The notes below the pieces were generated by a model. The model made no database searches. It saw only the letters and a list, made by a program, of their open reading frames with translations, and was not told where the DNA came from. From contig DVNR01000026.1 of NCBI GenBank assembly GCA_018714205.1, positions 2,285 through 66,284 on the forward strand: DNA of 64,000 nt. The letters are read 5' to 3'. Position numbers and translations under genes: made by a program. Shown piece by piece: positions 22,149 to 32,594 of this stretch. The stretch is from Candidatus Aphodousia faecipullorum. Lineage in GTDB: Bacteria > Pseudomonadota > Gammaproteobacteria > Burkholderiales > Burkholderiaceae_F. Positions within the stretch are counted from its first letter, which is position 1. Every line of letters begins with the position of its first letter.

Positions 22149-24929
22149 CTATTGGATATGACCGTGGCAATTCTTGAATTTCTTACCAGAACCACAAGGG
22201 CAGGGATCATTTCTTGAGACACCCCGCCAATCCACTTTGTCAAGATCCACACCATAAGGCGAAATCCCCGTGAAAGATAGTTGATTGCCTTCATCGTCAT
22301 GCGCGATACGCTCACGTTCCGCGCGAGCTTGAGCCTCCGCTTGCGCTTTGGCTTGAGCGATTGCTTGGGCTCTAGCTTCAGCCTCTTCTTGAGCCTTTTG
22401 TTGCTCAGCTTCGATTTCTTCGCGAGTTTGGATGCGAACATTCATCAACACACGCATCACATTTTCGCGTACTCGATCAAGCAGGGTTTCAAACATATTG
22501 AACGCTTCACGCTTATATTCCTGCTTCGGTTGCTTTTGAGCGTAACCGCGAAGGTAAATGCCCTGACGCAAAGCGTCCAAAGCCGTAATGTGAGCGCGCC
22601 AAATGGCATCAAGAACCTGCAACGTCACCTGACGGGCGAAGTCATTCATTGCCTGAGTTCCGGCCAATTCAACTTTTTCGTTGTAAATACGATCCACTTC
22701 ATCAAGAAGCGCTTTTTCAAGGTCTTCGTCTGTCACAGAATTACTCTTGTCAAGCATCCCCTTGAAATCTAGGTCAATTGACCATTCCGTCTTCAAAATG
22801 GTCATAAGTTTATCCAGATCCCACTGTTCTTCAACGGTATCAGCCGGCACATAGGCGCGGAACAAATCCGTGAAGTAACCATGGCGCAAATTGTTGACCA
22901 TTTCGCTTAAGTCTGAACTTTCCAAAATATCATTGCGCAAGCGATAAATTTCGCGACGTTGATCATTTTGAACATCATCAAATTCAAGCAATTGCTTACG
23001 AATATCGTAGTTGCGGCCTTCAACCTTGCGTTGAGCGCTTTCGATCATGCGGGAAAGCATATTGGACTCAATTGCCACCCCTTCTTCAAGCTTGAGCTTA
23101 TCAGCGATAGCGCGCATACGATCGCCACCGAAAATACGCAACAAAGGATCTTCCATGGAAAGGTAGAAGCAGGAAGAACCGGGGTCACCCTGACGACCGG
23201 CACGACCACGCAGCTGATTGTCGATACGGCGAGATTCGTGGCGCTCGCTACCGATAATGCGCAGACCGCCAGCCTGAACCACTTTGTCATGTTCGACTTG
23301 CCACTCAGCTTTGACTTTGGCCACTTCCGCCGCTTTTTGTTCTTCAGTAAGCTCCGTATTGAATCGGATCTCATCTAAGCGCTTATTGATCCCACCACCT
23401 AAAACAATATCGGTACCACGACCTGCCATATTCGTCGCAATCGTCACCATGCCAGAACGTCCGGCTTCTAGCACAATCTGCGCTTCCCGCTCATGCTGCT
23501 TCGCATTGAGCACGTTGTGCGCGATGCCCTCTTTAGTCAAGAGCTGACTTAACGCTTCAGAATTTTCAATGGACGTCGTTCCCAAAAGCACGGGCTGACC
23601 ACGCGATTGGCATTCCTTAATGTCGTCAACGATTGCTTTGTATTTTTCAGGTACCGTTCTAAACACGCGATCCTGCTGATCGATACGGATCATCTTGCGG
23701 TGAGTCGGAATAACAACCGTTTCCAAACCATAAATGTCCTGAAATTCATAAGCTTCCGTATCCGCCGTGCCTGTCATGCCAGACAGTTTTTCGTACATGC
23801 GGAAGTAATTTTGGAAAGTTATTGAAGCATATGTCTGATTTTCCTGATTGATCTTCACGCCTTCCTTGGCTTCCACCGCCTGGTGAAGTCCCTCAGACCA
23901 GCGACGTCCCGGCATTAAACGACCGGTGAATTCATCGACAATCACAATTTCACCGTTTTGCACAACATAGTGCTGATCGCGCTTAAAAAGCGTATGAGCA
24001 CGCAACGCTGCCTGCAAATGGTGCATCAAAATAATGTTTTGGCCAGAATAAAGACTTTGACCGCTCGGAATCAAGCCTCGTTCTGTCAAAATCTTTTCAA
24101 TATGCTCGTGACCTTGTTCTGAAATGTAGACTTGATGAGCCTTTTCGTCGACCCAGTAGTCACCCTCCCCTTTTTCAGAGGTTTGTGGCACCAGTAAGGG
24201 AGGAATCTCATTCATTTGGGCATAGAGATCTGTATTGTCGTTTGCCGGACCGGAAATGATAAGCGGAGTGCGAGCTTCATCGATTAAGATTGAATCCACT
24301 TCGTCCACGATGGCGTAATACAGCCCTCTTTGACGTCGATGGTTGACGTCATATTCCATATTGTCACGCAGGTAGTCAAAACCGAACTCATTGTTGGTCC
24401 CATACGTGATGTCAGCAGCATAAGCCTGAAGTTTCTCTTCGTTCGGTTGCTGGCTATAAATTGTCCCAACCGTCATTCCGAGAAAATTGTATACACGCCC
24501 CATCCATTCAGCGTCGCGCTTAGCAAGGTAATCATTAACCGTCACGACGTGAACGCCCTTGCCGGGCAAAGCATTCAGATATACAGCAAGTGTCGCTGTC
24601 AGGGTTTTGCCTTCACCGGTTCGCATTTCCGCAATTTTGCCATCATTGAGTACCATGCCGCCGATCAACTGAACATCAAAGTGACGCATGCCAAGCACAC
24701 GCGAACTTGCCTCGCGGACCACAGCAAACGCCTCTGGCAGCAAGGAATCCAGTGTTTCGCCTTTCTCTAGGCGATCTCGAAATTCTTGCGTTTTTCCTCG
24801 TAACTGCTCATCGCTGAGCGCTTTCATGGAATCTTCAAGTTTATTGACCGCAGCACATTGACGACGATACTGCCTGATCAAACGGTCATTGCGACTGCCG
24901 AAAATCTTCGTTAAAAGCTCAGAAAACAT
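22149..24929 (-). CDS. secA: Preprotein translocase ATPase SecA
   Basis: [35 protein letters not shown]-terminal [13 protein letters not shown]. Confidence 0.98.
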   Translation of the reverse strand: MFSELLTKIFGSRNDRLIRQYRRQCAAVNKLEDSMKALSDEQLRGKTQEFRDRLEKGETLDSLLPEAFAVVREASSRVLGMRHFDVQLIGGMVLNDGKIAEMRTGEGKTLTATLAVYLNALPGKGVHVVTVNDYLAKRDAEWMGRVYNFLGMTVGTIYSQQPNEEKLQAYAADITYGTNNEFGFDYLRDNMEYDVNHRRQRGLYYAIVDEVDSILIDEARTPLIISGPANDNTDLYAQMNEIPPLLVPQTSEKGEGDYWVDEKAHQVYISEQGHEHIEKILTERGLIPSGQSLYSGQNIILMHHLQAALRAHTLFKRDQHYVVQNGEIVIVDEFTGRLMPGRRWSEGLHQAVEAKEGVKINQENQTYASITFQNYFRMYEKLSGMTGTADTEAYEFQDIYGLETVVIPTHRKMIRIDQQDRVFRTVPEKYKAIVDDIKECQSRGQPVLLGTTSIENSEALSQLLTKEGIAHNVLNAKQHEREAQIVLEAGRSGMVTIATNMAGRGTDIVLGGGINKRLDEIRFNTELTEEQKAAEVAKVKAEWQVEHDKVVQAGGLRIIGSERHESRRIDNQLRGRAGRQGDPGSSCFYLSMEDPLLRIFGGDRMRAIADKLKLEEGVAIESNMLSRMIESAQRKVEGRNYDIRKQLLEFDDVQNDQRREIYRLRNDILESSDLSEMVNNLRHGYFTDLFRAYVPADTVEEQWDLDKLMTILKTEWSIDLDFKGMLDKSNSVTDEDLEKALLDEVDRIYNEKVELAGTQAMNDFARQVTLQVLDAIWRAHITALDALRQGIYLRGYAQKQPKQEYKREAFNMFETLLDRVRENVMRVLMNVRIQTREEIEAEQQKAQEEAEARAQAIAQAKAQAEAQARAERERIAHDDEGNQLSFTGISPYGVDLDKVDWRGVSRNDPCPCGSGKKFKNCHGHIQ

Positions 24930-25177
24930 TATGTGCAACCCTGTCCGGACAAAGGCGTCCCCCTGTCCAACGTTAGAAATTGTTTTTCCAAATAAGTAGG
25001 AATAGCGATATACAGCGGTGAATTATCGCATATTGGACAACGCTTTTTCGTCTAAAAAACAAGGAATTTCGTGACTGGTTGTACCAGATTAACCCGTAGC
25101 AACTCAAAAAAATACCTCAATTGCTAGAATCGATGTTTGCAAGAAAGTGATAAAACCCGGAAAGATGGAGCATAACC

Positions 25178-25633
25178 ATGCGAGGCTTGGAGGATATTGG
25201 CAAAATCATTGATGCGTTGGATGCCACCTCACCCATACGTGCTGAAATGGCAGCCATTCAAGCAAAAAATATTTTACAAAACACCTGTATCCGCAAGGGG
25301 CTTCGAATTAACTTTCGAGACTGCATCCATATTCAACTAACCACCCGTGGTTTCCTTGTCAACACAACAACGCCCAGTTTAGCCAGCCGCCTCACACAAA
25401 TTAAACCGACATTGGAACGCGCTTTATTCAATGCAGGCGTGCATGTCCCGATTGAATCAATTCGTGCAGGAAAAATTCAAGCGCTTCCCCCACAGGATCC
25501 TTATCCGCAAGACGCTCCACGCATTGCGCCAATTGGCGCTTCCGAGGCTGTTCAAGCCAACGCTGAATACGCTAAGGATCCGGAAATAAAAAACGCGCTT
25601 GAGCGACTGGCTCAAGCGCTAGCAAGAAATTAA
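25178..25633 (+). CDS. DciA/DUF721-like protein
   Basis: Position between lpxC and secA as in Burkholderiales; ASRLTQIKPTL..AL and C-terminal LKNALERLA-type helix; weak motif evidence. Confidence 0.55.
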   Translation: MRGLEDIGKIIDALDATSPIRAEMAAIQAKNILQNTCIRKGLRINFRDCIHIQLTTRGFLVNTTTPSLASRLTQIKPTLERALFNAGVHVPIESIRAGKIQALPPQDPYPQDAPRIAPIGASEAVQANAEYAKDPEIKNALERLAQALARN

Positions 25634-25645
25634 TCGCTTTTCCGA

Positions 25646-26557
25646 TCAAAGCGCAAACGCTCGCTCGAAGGAAAAGTCAACGGGAGCGGGCTTATTCTCA
25701 AAAGTAGCCCATTCCCAAGCTGACGATTCTGCCAACAGCGCCCGGAGCAATTGATTGTTCAACCCATGACCGGACTTGTAGGCACTATAACGTGCCAATA
25801 GAGGATGTCCTAAAACATAAAGATCACCCATCGCGTCCAAAATCTTGTGTTTGACAAACTCATCCTGACTGCGCAACCCCTCGGGATTCAGAACGTGGAA
25901 TTCGTCCATCACCACCGCGTTTTCAAGTGTGCCCCCCTGAGCCAAACCAATAGAGCGCAGCATCTCCACATCTTGCACGAAACCAAAGGTCCTGGCACGA
26001 CTCACCGCGCTCGCATAGGTCATCTTGGAGAAGTCAACTTCTGTAAATTGAGCAGTGCTGTCAATCGCAGGATGACCGAAATTAATGGAGAAGGCCAGTT
26101 TAAAACCTTCATGAGGTTCTAGCTTCGCCCACTTATCCCCATCACGAACGACAACCGGTTTGAGGATTCGAACAAATCGTTTCGGCGCATTTTGCTCAAC
26201 AATGCCAGCTGCCTGAATTAAAAAGACAAAGCTCGCACCTGACCCATCCATGATTGGAATCTCAGGCGCATCCACATCAACGTAACAGTTATCGATTCCC
26301 AAGCCGTTCAAGGCACTCATCAAGTGCTCAATGGTTGAGATCTTCACCGCACCTTCATTGAGCGTTGTCGCCATACGGGTGTCGTTGACACGAGTGGCCT
26401 CCGCAGGCATGACAACCGCCGGGGTCAAATCCACTCGGGAAAAAACAATACCGGTATTAGGTTCGGCAGGACGCAACGTCAACTGGACCTTGCGCCCTGA
26501 ATGCAACCCAATTCCAACTGTTTTAACAACTTTTTGAAGTGTTCTTTGCTTTAGCAT
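25646..26557 (-). CDS. lpxC: UDP-3-O-acyl-N-acetylglucosamine deacetylase
   Basis: [41 protein letters not shown]. Confidence 0.97.
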   Translation of the reverse strand: MLKQRTLQKVVKTVGIGLHSGRKVQLTLRPAEPNTGIVFSRVDLTPAVVMPAEATRVNDTRMATTLNEGAVKISTIEHLMSALNGLGIDNCYVDVDAPEIPIMDGSGASFVFLIQAAGIVEQNAPKRFVRILKPVVVRDGDKWAKLEPHEGFKLAFSINFGHPAIDSTAQFTEVDFSKMTYASAVSRARTFGFVQDVEMLRSIGLAQGGTLENAVVMDEFHVLNPEGLRSQDEFVKHKILDAMGDLYVLGHPLLARYSAYKSGHGLNNQLLRALLAESSAWEWATFENKPAPVDFSFERAFAL

Positions 26558-26566
26558 CAATAGCTA

Positions 26567-27904
26567 CTACTTATTGTCTCGACGAATAGACCACCAACCT
26601 GTCGGAGCCCAATCTCTTGCCGGATTTTCTTCAGCAGGACCTTCCTTTCGCTCAAAGAGCGATTCTTGCGTTCCCATTGGTTGTTGAGTGGCAGTCGACT
26701 CGACATTAGTTTGACGAGACTCCATCGGAGCAGGTTGGGTGCGAACTGTTTCCGGAGTTGGCATCGGGGCAACAGCGCTTACCGAAGGCGTCACCTCAGA
26801 CTTGGGTGTTTCTGAGACTGCCGGACGATCCCAAGCAGCCGCGAAAGTCTCTTCGCTCTTTGGTTTATCCTGAACAGTGGAGGACGAGGCAGGAGCCCAA
26901 ACCGGACGAACTTCTTCTTTCTTTTCCAAAGCCGGCACCACACGATCCTTGTTACCGCCATCCAGACCAGTCGCGACCACCGTCACGCGCATGGAATCGC
27001 CCATGCTGTCATCGTAGGCGGAACCGTAAATAACCTGAGCACCCTTCGCGGTAAAGTTTGTGATGATGTTCATCACGGTCTTGGTTTCTTTCATCTTCAT
27101 GGTCTCTTCACTGGCCGTGATATAAACCAAGACACCGCGAGCGCCGTTTAACGTCACGCCTTCCAGAAGCGGACAAGCGACCGCGTTTTCTGCGGCAATG
27201 CGGGCACGGTCTGGGCCGGAAGCAATGGCTGAACCCATCATGGCGGTACCGCGCTCGCTCATAACCGTGCGCAAGTCTTCAAAATCAACGCCAATCAAAC
27301 CCGGCGTCTGAATAATCTCCGTAATGCCAGCGCAAGCCTTAAAGAGCACATCATCGGCTGCCGCGAAACATTCACTCACGGAAGCATCTTCACCCAGCTC
27401 ATCCTCTAGCTTGTCATTTAAAATCACAATCTGACTATCAACGGCTTCTTTGAGTTTGACCAAGCCTTCTTCAGCGCGTTGCATCCGAAGCGCCCCTTCA
27501 TAACTGAAAGGTTTCGTCACAACGGCAACGGTCAAAATGCCCATTTCACGAGCAATTTGCGCGACAACCGGTGCGGCGCCGGTGCCTGTTCCACCACCCA
27601 TGCCAGCGGTAATGAATACAAGGTTGGCACCTTGCAAAAGTTCCCGAATTCTATCTTTGGCTTCAATAGCGGCCTGTTCGCCAACTTCTGGACGAGCGCC
27701 CGCTCCCAACCCCGTCTTACCAATCTGAAGGGTGGCATGCGCGCGCGAATGCGAAAGTGCCGTATAGTCCGTATTAATCGCAATAAATTCAATACCTTGA
27801 GCGCCACGCTCAATCATGTGTTCAACAGCATTGCCACCGCCGCCGCCAACACCAACCACTTTAATGACGGTTTGACGCGGATCATCATTAAGTACTTCAA
27901 ACAT
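26567..27904 (-). CDS. ftsZ: Cell division GTPase FtsZ with non-canonical C-terminal peptide
   Basis: IKVVGVGGGGGNAV, GMGGGTGTG tubulin motif, VDFED T7-loop region, VTVVATG. Confidence 0.97.
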   Translation of the reverse strand: MFEVLNDDPRQTVIKVVGVGGGGGNAVEHMIERGAQGIEFIAINTDYTALSHSRAHATLQIGKTGLGAGARPEVGEQAAIEAKDRIRELLQGANLVFITAGMGGGTGTGAAPVVAQIAREMGILTVAVVTKPFSYEGALRMQRAEEGLVKLKEAVDSQIVILNDKLEDELGEDASVSECFAAADDVLFKACAGITEIIQTPGLIGVDFEDLRTVMSERGTAMMGSAIASGPDRARIAAENAVACPLLEGVTLNGARGVLVYITASEETMKMKETKTVMNIITNFTAKGAQVIYGSAYDDSMGDSMRVTVVATGLDGGNKDRVVPALEKKEEVRPVWAPASSSTVQDKPKSEETFAAAWDRPAVSETPKSEVTPSVSAVAPMPTPETVRTQPAPMESRQTNVESTATQQPMGTQESLFERKEGPAEENPARDWAPTGWWSIRRDNK

Positions 27905-27933
27905 AGGTAAAGAGCCTCCAATCCAATTCCGTA

Positions 27934-27962
27934 ATTATCGCCGAAACTGGTTCGTTTGCCTA
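27934..27962 (-). promoter_or_regulatory. Putative internal promoter for ftsZ-lpxC
   Basis: Minus strand TAGGCA-N17-GATAAT, 30 bp upstream of the ftsZ ATG. Confidence 0.4.
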
Positions 27963-27986
27963 GATTTTTCAGTAACATTTTTCAAT

Positions 27987-28010
27987 AAAAAAGGAGCTTA
28001 CTCAAGCTCC
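27987..28010 (-). terminator. Intrinsic terminator between ftsA and ftsZ
   Basis: Minus strand GGAGCTT-GAGT-AAGCTCC-TTTTTT. Confidence 0.65.
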
Positions 28011-28029
28011 CCCTTGCCCGATAAGTTTT

Positions 28030-29325
28030 CTAGTATTGTCCAATAAAAAATTCGACAAACCAACGCTTTGCTTTTGCCAACCATGAGCTGTCATCCGCGT
28101 CATCGACCGCATCGTCATCCTCTCCCAATTTAAAGCGGCGGGCTTCGTAAGCAATCATTCCCATGACCACACTCTCTTTGGGCGAATTCAAACCAATACA
28201 GCCATCGCCATCATAGTGCGAATGACCCAAGCGGGCATGGAATGAATAAGCCCAAGGCCCTGGAATAAGACCTTGCAAATACTCGGTGATTCCCATCATC
28301 AACGCAGTGCCCCCTGTAAGCACTATCCCACCGGGCAATCGGTTTTTAGGGAAATTATTGACCAACGTGAACCAATCTTGAGCCAAAAGTAGTGCGCCGA
28401 TTTCGTTGTTGAGTTGGTATATTTCCCGCTGGACAATTTGAGAAAGTTCCAACTTTGTGTACTTGCGCCCCCCCAACTCGGGAGCCTTTCGGTAAAGCAC
28501 CACCTCCTCGTCTTCAGGCGAACAATGCAAATCCAAGCGAGTTTTAACCTCTTCGGCCTCTTTCATGGAACAATTCATGTATCCGGCCAAAAGTTCTGTG
28601 ATTTTTCGACCGCCGTACGCCAGTGTATGTGTAAAACGCGGGCTTCCCCCCTTAAATACCACGATATCGGTCGTCCCCTCTCCGATGTCGATGAGCACAA
28701 CACCGTTTTGACGTTCTTCTTCTGAGAGCGCTGCGTAGCCGCTTGCCCATGCTTCAGGCAAAATATCAGAAATTTCCACACCGCTGCGACGGATCACTTT
28801 GACACGAGTCGTCGCATTGATATAGCTTGCCATTGCACCATGAATATAGGCCGTGATGTTCGACCCCTTGGCCTCTAAAAGGTTCTGTTCAGACTGCTCG
28901 TCTTTTTGGTTATCGAGCATGTAGTAAAGAAGTTCGAAGTTGATAAGGCAGGTCTCATCGCTTTTCGGCACAGCATCTTTAGCCATGCTTTTAACCGTTT
29001 TCATTTCAGCCAACGTCGGATGACTTCCCTTTAACGGCAAACTTGCCGATGAGTCAATGCCCGTTAAAAACTTGCCGGAAACGTTAATCGTTATCTCACG
29101 AACCTCTCGATGAGCAATGCGACAGGCCTCAGCAAAAGCGTTCTGCACTGACACTTGAGCTTTATCGACATCCACAATGCAGCCTTCGCGAATGGCTTGT
29201 GACTGCGCGCGCCCCTGACCTAAAACCCGAAAAGTGCCATCTTTGTACACCTCGGCGACAACGGCTAACACTTTGCTCGAGCCGATGTCCATAGCCGCAA
29301 CGATTTTTTTTGTTTCCTTATTCAT
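28030..29325 (-). CDS. ftsA: Cell division protein FtsA (divergent)
   Basis: DIGSSKV, DIGEGTTD, AEEVK, GIVLTGG actin-family motifs; amphipathic C-terminal WLAKAKRWFVEFF; between ftsQ and ftsZ. Confidence 0.92.
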   Translation of the reverse strand: MNKETKKIVAAMDIGSSKVLAVVAEVYKDGTFRVLGQGRAQSQAIREGCIVDVDKAQVSVQNAFAEACRIAHREVREITINVSGKFLTGIDSSASLPLKGSHPTLAEMKTVKSMAKDAVPKSDETCLINFELLYYMLDNQKDEQSEQNLLEAKGSNITAYIHGAMASYINATTRVKVIRRSGVEISDILPEAWASGYAALSEEERQNGVVLIDIGEGTTDIVVFKGGSPRFTHTLAYGGRKITELLAGYMNCSMKEAEEVKTRLDLHCSPEDEEVVLYRKAPELGGRKYTKLELSQIVQREIYQLNNEIGALLLAQDWFTLVNNFPKNRLPGGIVLTGGTALMMGITEYLQGLIPGPWAYSFHARLGHSHYDGDGCIGLNSPKESVVMGMIAYEARRFKLGEDDDAVDDADDSSWLAKAKRWFVEFFIGQY

Positions 29326-29328
29326 AAA

Positions 29329-30144
29329 TTATTGCTGTCGATTCGATTCCGCGATCGCCTCTGCCGCCTGACGACGTCGGTCTTGCGACGTAAGGCGTTT
29401 TAAATGTGTTTCCGGCAGTGTGGCGGCAAAGGCCAACTCATATCGAGCGTCAATGCTTGACGGCGCCCCGTGCATAAGTTTTACCACATCCGGATATTGT
29501 ACGATAACCACCCCAAAGCGATCCTCAAGCGTCCAATGATTTTGTTCGACGCCAAGCTCAATTCGGGTGGGCGGAATATCTTTACTGGCAATTGCAACAG
29601 CCCAACTGTCTCGTTCGCTCACGCTGACTTCTGTCACCCGTGCCTCGGGCATCACCACCTGCAACATCCGACTGAAACGCCGGTAGCGACGAGCGACTTC
29701 CCCCACCATGTCAGCGCGACCGAAAAACTCCGGCAACGCCATCGGATTGTCCACTTCTTCAGGATTTGCAGCAAAAAGCTTTCCTTCGACAGAAACCAAG
29801 CGCCCGTCTTCCCACAAAGCCAACGCCTTATGCTCTTTAATTTCGATATTGATCTTGTTCGGCCAGACACGGCGCACATTGACGTCCTTGACCCAAGGCG
29901 CTTTCAGCGCCGCTTCCCGGATAGCGTCAATATTGATATTGAAGAAATTACCCATTGTGGTTGTGCCCAACGCTCGCCGGAAAGCCACTTGCGAAATGTG
30001 CCCAACCTCTCCGGTTAACTCCACTGCGTGAATTTCAAAAAATGACAAAAAATAACCCGGAAAACTGCTCACCGCCACAGCGGCGAGCAGTAAACAGACA
30101 GCCAATGCGGCTAAAAAACGTCGAACGACAGCCTTGACACTCAC
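29329..30144 (-). CDS. ftsQ: Cell division protein FtsQ
   Basis: N-terminal TM, POTRA PWVKDVNVRRVWP, IDARY; position in the dcw cluster. Confidence 0.9.
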   Translation of the reverse strand: MSVKAVVRRFLAALAVCLLLAAVAVSSFPGYFLSFFEIHAVELTGEVGHISQVAFRRALGTTTMGNFFNINIDAIREAALKAPWVKDVNVRRVWPNKINIEIKEHKALALWEDGRLVSVEGKLFAANPEEVDNPMALPEFFGRADMVGEVARRYRRFSRMLQVVMPEARVTEVSVSERDSWAVAIASKDIPPTRIELGVEQNHWTLEDRFGVVIVQYPDVVKLMHGAPSSIDARYELAFAATLPETHLKRLTSQDRRRQAAEAIAESNRQQ

Positions 30145-30146
30145 GC

Positions 30147-31112
30147 CTAATGTTTCAAATCCAAAGAAGCATCACGAAGAACAGACAAGACGAGTTCTTG
30201 ATAACTCAAACCGCTCACCTTGGCTGAAAGAGGAACGAGCGAATGAGCCGTCATGCCAGGTGATGTGTTCATCTCCAACAAGGCGAAACGACCATCTTCG
30301 GTCAGCATTACATCAATACGACTCCAGCCTCGACCGCCTAGCGCATGATAGGCTTTGACGCATGTTCTGGCGATTTCATCGGCCAAATCTTGAGGCAAAT
30401 TGGCCGGACAATCGTAGCGGACATCATTGGTGAAATACTTGTTTTGATAATCGTAGTCACCGTTTGGCGCCACGATCTCAATAATTGGCAATGCCCGCGC
30501 GTCCTCGCCGGAGCCCAAAATTGTGACCGTGAGTTCCCGACCAAAAATTCGCTCCTCAACTAGCACCTGATGATCCAAATTGCTCGCCTTGGCAACGGCG
30601 TCTGCCAGCTCTTCAACCGTCGCGTCTTTCAACTTTGTCAAACCGATGCTAGAGCCTTCATGAGATGGTTTAACAACCAAATCGCGTCCCAACTCTTGAA
30701 TAACAAACCCCATATCAGAGTCTTTTGTCACCAACATGCCCTTGGGGACGGGAATGTTGAACGTACGCCAAACCCGTTTGGTCATCGCCTTGTCGATGGC
30801 TATCGCACTGGCGCGAACACCAGGGCCAGTGTAAGGAATTCGCAAATATTCAAGCACGCCCTGAATGGTTCCGTCTTCACCAAAGCGACCATGCAAAGAA
30901 ATCATCGCGCGGTCGTACTCACCTTTTTCCAATTCAGCCAAATCATCGCTTTGGGGATCAAAGCGTGTGACATCCACCCCAGCCTCGACTAAAGCGTCAT
31001 AAACACCTTTGCCACTCATGAGCGAAACTTCTCGCTCGCTTGAGCGCCCGCCCAATAACAAGACAACCTTTCCCAATGAAGCCGGGTCAAACGGCTTATT
31101 TTCCGTTGCCAT
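30147..31112 (-). CDS. ddl: D-alanine--D-alanine ligase
   Basis: GGRSSEREVSL, LHGRFGEDG, YDYQNKY, EMNTSPGMT. Confidence 0.96.
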   Translation of the reverse strand: MATENKPFDPASLGKVVLLLGGRSSEREVSLMSGKGVYDALVEAGVDVTRFDPQSDDLAELEKGEYDRAMISLHGRFGEDGTIQGVLEYLRIPYTGPGVRASAIAIDKAMTKRVWRTFNIPVPKGMLVTKDSDMGFVIQELGRDLVVKPSHEGSSIGLTKLKDATVEELADAVAKASNLDHQVLVEERIFGRELTVTILGSGEDARALPIIEIVAPNGDYDYQNKYFTNDVRYDCPANLPQDLADEIARTCVKAYHALGGRGWSRIDVMLTEDGRFALLEMNTSPGMTAHSLVPLSAKVSGLSYQELVLSVLRDASLDLKH

Positions 31113-31115
31113 GAT

Positions 31116-32525
31116 TTATTCCTTTTTTTCTTGAATTGATTTCGCACGCTCGATTAATCGTGCGGGGACCCCACCGACGCTGCCGGCGCCCATTGTCACA
31201 ACCACATCTCCATCGCGAGCAAGTTTTAAAATCGCTTCATCCATGTCAGTCGATTTTTCCACAAAAACAAGCTCAGTCGGAGAAATCAAACGAATCGCAC
31301 GAGCGAGACTTCGTCCGTCAGCGCCCACGATCGGCGCTTCTCCTGCCGGGTACACATCCGCCAATACCAACGAGTCCACGCCGGAGAGCACTTTCACAAA
31401 GTCCTCAAAACAGTCACGAGTGCGCGTGTACCGATGAGGCTGGAAAGCCACCAGAATACGCCGTCCCGGATAGGCGCCTCGAACTGCCGCCAACGTTGCC
31501 ATCATTTCATGTGGGTGATGACCATAGTCGTCGATCAACGTAAAATGCCCGCCAGAAGGAAGGGCCACATCGCCATACTGACTGAAACGCCTGCCGACCC
31601 CCTTGAAATTGGCTAAAGCTGAAACGATAGCCTCATCTTTAACTTCCACCAACGTGGCAATGGCAATAGCCGCCAAAGCGTTGCGGACGTTGTGCATACC
31701 TGGCAAATTCAGTTTGACAGGCAACGGCTCATGCCCCTGACGCAACACCGTGAAAAACATCTGTGTGCCGCTTGCTCTGATATCAATCGCGCGCACATCC
31801 GCTTCCTCACGAAGTCCATAGGTCACCACATGGCGCGGCACTTGAGCGACAATGCTACGGACATTCTCATCATCTAAGCAGAGCACGGCACGACCATAAA
31901 AAGGCAGGCGCGTTAAAAAGTCAATGAACGCCTGCTTTAGCTTGCCAAAATCATGCCCATAAGTGTCCATATGGTCGGCATCGATATTGGTCACAGCGGC
32001 GATCACTGGTGTCAAATACAAAAATGAGGCGTCAGACTCATCAGCTTCTGCCACCAGATATTCTCCACTGCCCAAACGGGCATTGGCTCCTGCCGAGTTA
32101 AGCCGTCCGCCTATCACAAAAGTCGGATCCAATCCGCCTGCCGCCAGCAAGCTCGCCACCAACGATGTCGTTGTGGTCTTACCATGCGCACCGGCAATGG
32201 CAATTCCGCTTCTAAAACGCATCAGTTCGGCAAGCATCACAGCACGAGGAACAACCGGGATGCGTTCTTTTCGGGCGGCTTCCACTTCAGGGTTATCCGG
32301 CTTGATCGCCGTTGAAACAACAACGGCGTCAGCACCAATCACATTACGGGCATCATGCTCGTGAAATATGGTAACACCCAACGCCTCAAGTCGTTGCGTT
32401 GCCGCGTTATATGCCACATCGGAGCCGGTCACCCGATACCCCAACGTCACAAGCACCTCGGCAATGCCGTTCATGCCCGTGCCACCGATACCGACAAAAT
32501 GTATTCGATTAACAGCAAATTTCAT
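31116..32525 (-). CDS. murC: UDP-N-acetylmuramate--L-alanine ligase
   Basis: [41 protein letters not shown]. Confidence 0.97.
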   Translation of the reverse strand: MKFAVNRIHFVGIGGTGMNGIAEVLVTLGYRVTGSDVAYNAATQRLEALGVTIFHEHDARNVIGADAVVVSTAIKPDNPEVEAARKERIPVVPRAVMLAELMRFRSGIAIAGAHGKTTTTSLVASLLAAGGLDPTFVIGGRLNSAGANARLGSGEYLVAEADESDASFLYLTPVIAAVTNIDADHMDTYGHDFGKLKQAFIDFLTRLPFYGRAVLCLDDENVRSIVAQVPRHVVTYGLREEADVRAIDIRASGTQMFFTVLRQGHEPLPVKLNLPGMHNVRNALAAIAIATLVEVKDEAIVSALANFKGVGRRFSQYGDVALPSGGHFTLIDDYGHHPHEMMATLAAVRGAYPGRRILVAFQPHRYTRTRDCFEDFVKVLSGVDSLVLADVYPAGEAPIVGADGRSLARAIRLISPTELVFVEKSTDMDEAILKLARDGDVVVTMGAGSVGGVPARLIERAKSIQEKKE

Positions 32526-32594
32526 AACAAAAAACGGTTCGCAGAAAAAGAAAATAGTAGTCGATTCTTTGAAAAATGTCGTCCGAAACAAAAA

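Noticed and set aside
22300-22420. Low-complexity A/E/Q/K repeats
   Set aside because: Encodes the variable SecA C-terminal linker, not a separate repeat element
24930-25177. secM-like leader upstream of secA
   Set aside because: No suitable ORF; the space holds the divergent secA and dciA promoters
26557-26772. Alternative-frame ORF that might restore the canonical FtsZ tail
   Set aside because: Its translation has no IPxFLR-like motif, and the third frame is closed by a stop
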